Assembly (NCBI GenBank): GCA_963669175.1
Contig: OY769902.1
Location: 3,104,001-3,168,000 of the forward strand
DNA: 64,000 bases
Direction: 5' to 3'
Origin: a bacterium
GTDB taxonomy: Bacteria > Electryoneota > Electryoneia > Electryoneales > Electryoneaceae
Positions 57,258 through 64,000 of this stretch are shown here, piece by piece. The notes beneath the pieces were generated by a model. That model ran no database searches and was not told where the DNA came from. It saw only the letters and a program-made list of their open reading frames with translations. Both the position numbers and the translations under genes were made by a program. Each line of letters begins with the position of its first letter. Within the stretch, counting starts at the first letter, position 1.

Positions 57258-57470
57258 CCCCGGCCAGGCATGGCCGGGCTACACGCTAGGACAATTCAAG
57301 GGACAGACCTTCAGTGGTTTGTCCCTTTTTTCTAGTTTTCCGCTTCCCCCGGCCAGGCATGGCCGGGCTACGTATGTCATTCCCATTCTTATGTCATCCC
57401 ATTCTTATGTCATCCCATTCCTATGTCATCCCCGAAACAGCGTTTGTTTGCTGTTATCGGGGATCTCGAG
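57258..57470 (-). repeat. Two GTAG REPs plus ATGTCAT tandem array plus hairpin (same composite as 349-569)
   Basis: REPs at 57258-82 and 57347-71; four ATGTCAT cores (57374, 57391, 57407, 57423); hairpin ATCCCCGA...TCGGGGATCTCGAG. Confidence 0.85.
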
Positions 57471-57506
57471 GATACTGTGCGAAAACTGCTTTTAACTGAT
57501 TAATTC

Positions 57507-57584
57507 CACGCAAAGACGCAAAGAATAAAGACATTAAGGCGCAAAGATGAAAAGATGAAAGACGCAAAGGTACAAGAGCGCAAA
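57507..57584 (+). repeat. Degenerate (A/G)CGCAAAG short tandem repeats
   Basis: CCACGCAAAGACGCAAAG...GGCGCAAAG...GACGCAAAG...GCGCAAA. Confidence 0.6.
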
Positions 57585-57594
57585 TATGGATATG

Positions 57595-57686
57595 TATTGG
57601 CCCCGCCGGCTTGAAGCACACCGTAGCTTGCGAAGGTGGCTGTCCGGCGGGGTTTATTTTAACGAGAGCGTCAGTCCTTCAGTAGT
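57595..57686 (-). repeat. ~92-bp palindromic repeat, inverted copy of 53366-53460
   Basis: Its reverse complement aligns with 53366-53460 along its length. Confidence 0.8.
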
Positions 57687-57700
57687 TTTTGTATGAGAAA

Positions 57701-57892
57701 CCCGACAGCAAGCAGTCGGGCCACGCAGTATATGGAAGAATCCCGACGCACTTATAGAGACTCGCCTGTTTTTCAGTACGGGAAAGCGTAGCCATTTTCG
57801 TTTTTAATCGTACAAATGGTTGCTGCGCATCGGGCCATACGATCTGTGGTAGTTGTATGAGAGAGAAACCCGACAGCATGCAGTCGGGCCAC
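57701..57892 (-). repeat. Two GTGG-type REP palindromes
   Basis: CCCGACAGCA(A/T)GCAGTCGGGCCAC at 57701-24 and 57869-92, with similar flanks. Confidence 0.85.
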
Positions 57893-57967
57893 GCGACAGA
57901 TGGATATCGCTTGCCGTTTGTATGGACTTATTAGTCCTTGATTGTTGCACCATAGGGGAGCTCACGG

Positions 57968-57996
57968 TTGACAGGGGAACTCTTTCGAGCTAACGT
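57968..57996 (+). promoter_or_regulatory. Putative sigma70 promoter of the CDF-mazG operon
   Basis: TTGACA-N17-TAACGT. Confidence 0.55.
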
Positions 57997-58071
57997 GCAG
58001 GTCACAGTACGTTGCTTTCTTCTGATGCGAGTAGCGAGACAAAGCAGGAAACGAGATCCCTTGAAGGGGAT

Positions 58072-58998
58072 ATGAGGAAACCCGTGGAAGACCGGAAAAC
58101 AGCGGATCATCTGGCACGCCGTGTAACGATAACAGGGTCTGTCCTGAATGCGCTCCTGGCAGTAACGAAGTTCTCCGCAGGTTGGTTTTTCAACAGTCGC
58201 GCCCTGATGGCGGATGCCGTTGATTCAACGACGGACCTGTTGACTGATGTCATTACCTTGATCGCCTATCCGCTCTCACGCAAACCCCTTGACAAGTCGC
58301 ATCCTTATGGACATGGTCGGATAGAATCACTCGCCTCCATGTTCGTTTCCGGATTCCTGATGCTGGCAGCTTCGCTGATTGCCTATAAAGCGATCAGTGC
58401 AATGATGTCAGGAGAAGTGAAAGTTCCGATGTGGCCGGCAGCGCTGGTGGCGATTGCTTCGCTGACGGTAAAAGAGTGGCTGTATCGTTGGACGAAACGC
58501 ATCGGTGAGAAGCTGCATTCACGTGTGCTTATCGCCAACGCCTGGAATCACCGGGGGGATGCATTTTCCTCGATTGCTGTGCTGATTGGTATTGTCGGAT
58601 CGATCTTTATTCCTGGCTTTCATTTTCTGGATTCAATTGCTTCGCTGGTGGTAGTGATCTTCATTTTCAGGGCCGGAGTGAAGATTTTTATTGATTCCAT
58701 GAATGACTTACTGGATAAATCGCAGGATCCTGAGCTCATTGGTGAGGTTCTCAAGCTCGCAGTGGCGGAGCCGGAAGTTGCTCATGCGCATCGAGGCCGG
58801 GCGCGTCGCTATGGACATCTGACCTGCATTGATCTTGATATCGAACTTCCGCCGGATATGACCGTACAAGAAGGGCATGAAGTGGCGCATCGAGTACAAA
58901 ACAAAATACTGGAAGCCTATGATTACGTAGGCGATGTGATCATCCACATCGAACCGGAAGGCGACCACGAAACAGGTGAAGGAAACATACGAATCTGA
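58072..58998 (+). CDS. Cation diffusion facilitator family transporter
   Basis: Motifs SRALMADAVDS..D, HPYGHGRIE, ANAWNHRGD and VIIHIEP. Confidence 0.92.
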   Translation: MRKPVEDRKTADHLARRVTITGSVLNALLAVTKFSAGWFFNSRALMADAVDSTTDLLTDVITLIAYPLSRKPLDKSHPYGHGRIESLASMFVSGFLMLAASLIAYKAISAMMSGEVKVPMWPAALVAIASLTVKEWLYRWTKRIGEKLHSRVLIANAWNHRGDAFSSIAVLIGIVGSIFIPGFHFLDSIASLVVVIFIFRAGVKIFIDSMNDLLDKSQDPELIGEVLKLAVAEPEVAHAHRGRARRYGHLTCIDLDIELPPDMTVQEGHEVAHRVQNKILEAYDYVGDVIIHIEPEGDHETGEGNIRI

Positions 58999-59864
58999 TG
59001 GCTGACAACACGCATGCAGACGATAGGTTCCAGGATATACCGAAGGAATTCCTGGGAGACGGTACAGTTGGTGGGGAGATGGAAGCGCTGGTGGCGATCA
59101 TGGCACGGTTGCGTGCGCCGGACGGCTGTCCCTGGGATCACAAGCAGACCCATGAAAGCTTGCGTCCCTACATCCTGGAAGAGACCTATGAAGTTCTTGA
59201 GACAATCGATAAGGGCGATTACGATAACCTTGGTATCGAACTTGGCGATCTTTTGTTACAGATTGTCTTCCACGGTCAGATCGGCGCGGAGGCAGGACGT
59301 TTCACCATCGTTGACAGCATCCGTTCGATTCGTGAGAAACTGATCGAACGTCACCCGCATGTTTTCGGCGAGTTGAAACTGGAAACGGCTCAGGATGTAC
59401 GTGACAACTGGGAAAAGATCAAGCTGACCAATGGCAAGGAGCATGGGGAACGCAAGACTACGCTTGGCGGCGTGCCGGATGCATTGCCCGCATTGACCCG
59501 TGCCTTTCGTGTGCAGGAGAAAATGGGCGGGGTCGGTTTTGATTGGGAAAGCCCGGATGGCGCGCTTGAGAAGTTGAAAGAAGAGGTGGAAGAGACTAGC
59601 GAGGCGATCCTGTCACGTGATCCTGAAGCAGCCGAGGAAGAGATCGGCGATCTGTTGTTCAGTGTGGTCAATGCGGCGCGGTTGATGGGATTCGGGGCCG
59701 AGGAAGCCTTGAGAAAATCCATCAATAAAGTGATCAAACGATTCAACAGTATGGAAGCGATGGTGAACAATGACGGCCGTTTCCTCCCGGATATGAACCT
59801 TGATGAGATGGATGAGTACTGGGAGAAGGCCAAGAAGCTGGAAAAAGAGGGGAAGCTGAAGTGA
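58998..59864 (+). CDS. mazG: Nucleoside triphosphate pyrophosphohydrolase MazG
   Basis: Motifs LRAPDGCPWD..QT, EETYE, ELGDLLLQ, RHPHVF and EEEIGDLLF. Confidence 0.95.
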   Translation: MADNTHADDRFQDIPKEFLGDGTVGGEMEALVAIMARLRAPDGCPWDHKQTHESLRPYILEETYEVLETIDKGDYDNLGIELGDLLLQIVFHGQIGAEAGRFTIVDSIRSIREKLIERHPHVFGELKLETAQDVRDNWEKIKLTNGKEHGERKTTLGGVPDALPALTRAFRVQEKMGGVGFDWESPDGALEKLKEEVEETSEAILSRDPEAAEEEIGDLLFSVVNAARLMGFGAEEALRKSINKVIKRFNSMEAMVNNDGRFLPDMNLDEMDEYWEKAKKLEKEGKLK

Positions 59865-60868
59865 GCCTGGTATTTGTCTTTCTTGATGGAGTCGGGTTCG
59901 GAACGAATGATCCTGCACGCAACCCCTGGGCCGGTGTGCAGAACGGTTCCCTGATAGCGGTTGATGGACGTGATCCGGGATATCCGGGCGCTCATTGGAA
60001 ACCGCTCGATGCCTGCCTTGGCATTGATGGCCTGCCGCAATCGGCAACCGGAACAACAGCGCTTTTGACCGGAGTAAATGCACCGGCCAAGCTTGGGCGT
60101 CACCTTTCCGGATTTCCCAACCAGGAACTGGTTGACATTATCAACGAAGCATCCATTCACAAGCAGGCTTCGGCCCGAGGCATCAAATCCACATTCGCCA
60201 ATGCTTACAACGAAGCCTATTTCCGTCGTCCGTCCGGGCGTCAATCGGTAACCACGCATGCCGTTCGAGCAGCGGGGCAGTCTTTTCGTATGATGGATCA
60301 GTATCGTGCCGGGGAGGCGGTCTTTCATGACCTTACCGGTGAATTGATTTTGACACAGGGAAACGGTGATAAACTATCAGCGCCCGGTTCTGTTGTTCCC
60401 AGGGATGTGGTTGAGCGCAGAAGTGAACTGGTGCTGCGTCACGCGAAAAAGTATATGGGTGATGGGGATACGTTTGCTGAACTGCTGGATGACAACGATA
60501 TCCCGATCATTACCCCGGAAGAGGGTGGGCAACGTATCGTTCGTCTGTCGAAATCGTACGATCTGGTTGTATTCGAATATGTGAAGACGGATATGGCCGG
60601 GCATTCGCAGAACAAGGCGTGGGCGGATTCTATCATCGATGAAGTGATGAGATTCCTGCATACGATCCTTGACGGGCTGGATCTTGAAAAGGATACGCTC
60701 CTGATCGGCAGCGATCATGGAAACAGTGAAGACCTTGAGGTACGAACACATACCCGTAATCCGGTTCCGGCAGTCGGAGTGGGAGTGCATGCGGAAAGCA
60801 TACTGAATGAGTCTGAAGCAATTACCGATCTGACGCCCTCGATACTGCGAGTATTGTCGAACCGGTAG
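59861..60868 (+). CDS. Alkaline-phosphatase-superfamily metalloenzyme (PGM/phosphopentomutase-like)
   Basis: Motifs FLDGVG, GLPQSATG, TDMAGH, SDHGN and HTRNPVP. Confidence 0.85.
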   Translation: MSLVFVFLDGVGFGTNDPARNPWAGVQNGSLIAVDGRDPGYPGAHWKPLDACLGIDGLPQSATGTTALLTGVNAPAKLGRHLSGFPNQELVDIINEASIHKQASARGIKSTFANAYNEAYFRRPSGRQSVTTHAVRAAGQSFRMMDQYRAGEAVFHDLTGELILTQGNGDKLSAPGSVVPRDVVERRSELVLRHAKKYMGDGDTFAELLDDNDIPIITPEEGGQRIVRLSKSYDLVVFEYVKTDMAGHSQNKAWADSIIDEVMRFLHTILDGLDLEKDTLLIGSDHGNSEDLEVRTHTRNPVPAVGVGVHAESILNESEAITDLTPSILRVLSNR

Positions 60869-62236
60869 TTACATCTGCATTAAAATTTCCTGATCCAGCT
60901 TGCGCCAGTGTATCGAACGAATAAAACTGTCAACATCTTCATGGGACATGGAGAGTGATTTGAAATAACTTCCCAGCCTGTTTGTAGAGATCCTTTCGAT
61001 CTCAAGCCCAGCCTTGAACTTTGTGACGATAAGATCTGACAGGTGAACGATATGCGTCAGGCTGGATGTTGATTTCATCTTTTCCGGGTTGTGATGATAG
61101 CCAATCGGGCCACGGAAAACATCCGGCAACTGCCAGCTTTTGGCCAACAATAGTCCGATTTCCTGGTGGTTCATGCCGAACCATTCACTTTCCACATCGA
61201 TTGCCGCCATGTTCTGCAGCATCACTTTTCGCATGAAGCGGTTGTACATCTTTGATACAAACTGATCCAGGATCACCTTGCCGATATCATGCAGCAAACC
61301 GGCCGTATACGCAATTGCGGTATCCGGGTAATCCAGGTACATCGCCAGTAGTTCGCTGATACGCGCAACATATAGCGAATGATGATACATACCACCTTTT
61401 CGCAGAGAATAACCGTCCGTAGGGTGAGAGCTGAAATAGGGCTCTATGGACATTGCCAGCAGGATCTGGAGGAATCGTTTTTCACCGATGTAAGTGAAAG
61501 CGTGATCAATCGTGGATATCTCTCGTTTTGGAGAATAAAGCGCGCTGTTGCATATACGAAGGACACGGGCAGTAAGAACCTGGTCTGTATTGACCAGGAT
61601 AGATACGGCTCGAACCGAGTAATCATCATCGGATAACATGTTCATCACTTTCAGGGTAACCTGGGGAATAGGCTGGATAGCTTCCAAGGCTCTGAGAAGC
61701 TTATCAACGGTTACCGTCTCCTTGGAATCCGATTTACTTGAAGAGATACGGGCATAGGGCTCAATTTTGGTTTCAAAAGTCTCCATATTCAGGCAAACCT
61801 GGTAACCGAAATAACCGCCAGTTTCAGCATTGGAAACGATAATGCCTTCTGAAGAGAGATGTTGCTTGATTATATCAACGGTACGTCCGCCAATGTCCAG
61901 CAGGGGATCATTTTTTGCCAGTGAAGAAAGCAATGCGCCTCCAGCGATAACAGCTTCGATGTTCTCAACAGAAGCTCCCTTTTCAATCATGGCGCGAAGA
62001 AAGAGAGGCATCCCCAGGGAAGCGTATGCTTTTTGTTCGTCTGCCGGAATAGAGCTGAGTGGAGGTTCTGGAAGAATCGCGTGGTAAAGTCCGCTTACGC
62101 CTGCTTTCTTGTCAATCAGGATAACGCTAACACAAGTGCCTAGTATGGCGCTGACTTGCCTGGATACTTTTCTGTCAACAGCAAATTCACCTGAAGGGAT
62201 ACTCTCGTTGTGGATGCAGGAATGATTAACTGTCAT
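60869..62236 (-). CDS. CheD-HDOD fusion protein
   Basis: CheD part ILGTCVSV, HAILP, IAGGA, DIG.R, ETGG; HDOD part DQVLTARVLRICNS and AGLLHDIGK. Confidence 0.85.
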   Translation of the reverse strand: MTVNHSCIHNESIPSGEFAVDRKVSRQVSAILGTCVSVILIDKKAGVSGLYHAILPEPPLSSIPADEQKAYASLGMPLFLRAMIEKGASVENIEAVIAGGALLSSLAKNDPLLDIGGRTVDIIKQHLSSEGIIVSNAETGGYFGYQVCLNMETFETKIEPYARISSSKSDSKETVTVDKLLRALEAIQPIPQVTLKVMNMLSDDDYSVRAVSILVNTDQVLTARVLRICNSALYSPKREISTIDHAFTYIGEKRFLQILLAMSIEPYFSSHPTDGYSLRKGGMYHHSLYVARISELLAMYLDYPDTAIAYTAGLLHDIGKVILDQFVSKMYNRFMRKVMLQNMAAIDVESEWFGMNHQEIGLLLAKSWQLPDVFRGPIGYHHNPEKMKSTSSLTHIVHLSDLIVTKFKAGLEIERISTNRLGSYFKSLSMSHEDVDSFIRSIHWRKLDQEILMQM

Positions 62237-62392
62237 CTCTTCCTCGTTATGGTTGGGCGGCTCTCCCAGACAGGTGTCCCGAATTTTACAACAGATTCAT
62301 AATTTTTTTTCGCAATCCTCAGTGGACATTCAGGTTCCAGATTTATTTACTTAGGTGCGACATAGACTAGCGCATTCACTACGGGACATCAC

Positions 62393-63325
62393 ATGAATAG
62401 TATAGTCTTAGAAGTAGATAATTTGCAACGAAAATATGGCTCCCTTGAAGCGGTCAGGGATATCTCGTTTTCGGTGCATGCGGGTGAGATTTTTGGCATG
62501 GTTGGGCCGAATGGAGCCGGGAAGACAACGACTGTGGAATGCATCGAAGGGTTGCGTACCGCCTCTGCCGGCACAATACAGGTACTGGGACTTGATCCGG
62601 TGAAAGACGGTGAGAAATTAAAACAGCGTATCGGCATGCAGCTCCAGGAAGCTTCTCTGCCAGATCGTTTGCATGTGTGGGAGGCGATGAAACTGTTTGC
62701 CTCTCTTTACGATAAACACCTGGACTGTGACACTTTACTGGAAGCTGTCGGGCTGGCTGAGAAAAGAAATACAGCGTTTGCCAAGCTGTCCGGAGGACAG
62801 AAACAACGCCTCTTTGTCGCGCTCTCCATGCTCAATGATCCCGAGGTGATCTTCCTTGACGAATTGACAACCGGGCTTGACCCGCATGCAAGGCGACTGA
62901 TGTGGGAACTGGTTGAGCAGCTTCGCAGTCGTGGGAAAACGATTATCCTGACAACACATTATATGGAAGAGGCGCAAAGGCTGTGTGATCGTGTTGCGAT
63001 TGTCGAAAAAGGACAGATCATTGCACTGGATTCACCGGAAGCGTTGATCCAGAATCTTGGCGTGGAACAATGTGTGTCATTCTCCATAGATCCTGAGGCA
63101 AATCTTGAGAAGCTTGAGGGGATGGACAGGGTAAAACGTGTTGAGAGAAGTGGTGAGAAAACTCGTGTGTATGGCGCTGATGAACAGGTTGTTGTTGATG
63201 TCGTGCAATACCTGGTTGCAGAGAAAATTCCGATTCGTGAACTGAAAACAGAACAGGCCACCCTGGAAGATGTATATCTCCAGGTCACAGGACAGGAATA
63301 TGCCAGGAATGGGGGGGATGCTTGA
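62393..63325 (+). CDS. ABC-2 type exporter ATP-binding protein
   Basis: Motifs GPNGAGKT, LSGGQKQR, FLDELTTGLD and TTHYMEEA. Confidence 0.95.
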   Translation: MNSIVLEVDNLQRKYGSLEAVRDISFSVHAGEIFGMVGPNGAGKTTTVECIEGLRTASAGTIQVLGLDPVKDGEKLKQRIGMQLQEASLPDRLHVWEAMKLFASLYDKHLDCDTLLEAVGLAEKRNTAFAKLSGGQKQRLFVALSMLNDPEVIFLDELTTGLDPHARRLMWELVEQLRSRGKTIILTTHYMEEAQRLCDRVAIVEKGQIIALDSPEALIQNLGVEQCVSFSIDPEANLEKLEGMDRVKRVERSGEKTRVYGADEQVVVDVVQYLVAEKIPIRELKTEQATLEDVYLQVTGQEYARNGGDA

Positions 63326-64000
63326 TGAAAGGGCTATGGACGCTAACCTGGATACAGATCAAGCTTTTCTTTCGTGAACCAGCGGCATTCTTCTTCACGC
63401 TTGCCTTTCCGGCAATCATGCTCCTGCTGATGGGCGGTATTTTTGGGCAGGGAAACAGGGTGATTGAAGGCTACCTGGAGAATTATGGGATTGTGGACGC
63501 CATGGTTCCCGGTTTTATTGCCATGGTTATTGGCACCATTGCTCTGATGGGAATTCCGGAAGAAACAGCCACGATGCGTGAAAAGCACATCCTCCGCCGT
63601 TTCCATGCGAGCCCATTGAAGCCAATGACTTATCTTGGGGCTGATCTGCTTTCCAATTTTATGATGATCGTGGTAGGGATTATCATCCTGATCATCATTG
63701 GTATACCTGTTTTTGACTTGCGCATGCCGGCGTCCATTTTTGGTGTGTGTGTCGCATTTGTGTACGGTACACTTTCCTTCTTCGCGTTTGGATATCTGTT
63801 GGCGGCACTGGCTTCAACACCACGTGTGGCGCAGGTTGTCGGCAATGTCCTCTACTTCCCGAACCTGTTCCTTTCAGGCGCAACATTTCCTGTGGAGATT
63901 ATGCCCAAGACCATGCAGGAAATCTCAAAGTTCATGCCGCTCACCTATGTTGTTCGAATCCTGAAAGGGCAGTGGCTGGGCGAGGGGTGGGGTGAGCTGA
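63325..64000 (+). CDS. ABC-2 type exporter permease, truncated by the window end
   Basis: The ATG overlaps the ATPase stop (TGATG). It reads MKGLW...REPAAFFFTLAFP...FLSGATFP...PLTY with no stop before 64000, and is absent from the ORF track. Confidence 0.88.
   Translation, partial: MKGLWTLTWIQIKLFFREPAAFFFTLAFPAIMLLLMGGIFGQGNRVIEGYLENYGIVDAMVPGFIAMVIGTIALMGIPEETATMREKHILRRFHASPLKPMTYLGADLLSNFMMIVVGIIILIIIGIPVFDLRMPASIFGVCVAFVYGTLSFFAFGYLLAALASTPRVAQVVGNVLYFPNLFLSGATFPVEIMPKTMQEISKFMPLTYVVRILKGQWLGEGWGEL

Overview
This is a 64-kb bacterial chromosomal segment of roughly 50% GC, estimated by eye. It probably comes from an FCB-superphylum lineage, inferred from three proteins ending in a YPNPFN-type T9SS/Por sorting domain. 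In order it holds: the tail of a polysaccharide locus (ATP-grasp, Wzx, two GT4, priming sugar transferase, methyltransferase, asnB); an NTT-HEAT transporter with a cNMP-binding partner; tRNA-Asp, rocD, glgP, an AI-2E transporter and purL; an FG-GAP surface protein, a TonB-dependent receptor and an MFS transporter; gdhA with a REC/PEP-binding partner, and mgtC; two ~1700-aa gingipain-like (C25) paralogues bracketing a TetR/methyltransferase/MMPL-LolA-barrel cassette; then a ferredoxin, DUF5131, pruA, CDF, mazG, a metalloenzyme, CheD-HDOD and an ABC-2 exporter. Five observations stand out. (1) About 650 nt of densely base-paired, multi-junction sequence lies between a clean sigma70 promoter and the gdhA RBS, a candidate large structured RNA. 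(2) There is a three-level nest: a palindromic element contains an IS50/Tn5-end MITE with a 10-bp target duplication, which contains a second palindromic element. (3) Three REP palindromes sit in frame inside the DUF5131 gene. (4) A 333-bp MITE with an 8-bp TSD breaks a methyltransferase. (5) Both C25 paralogues carry Arg where gingipains have the catalytic His. No CRISPR array, reverse transcriptase, transposase or prophage was found. All calls come from reading the sequence and motifs by eye; no databases or folding software were used.
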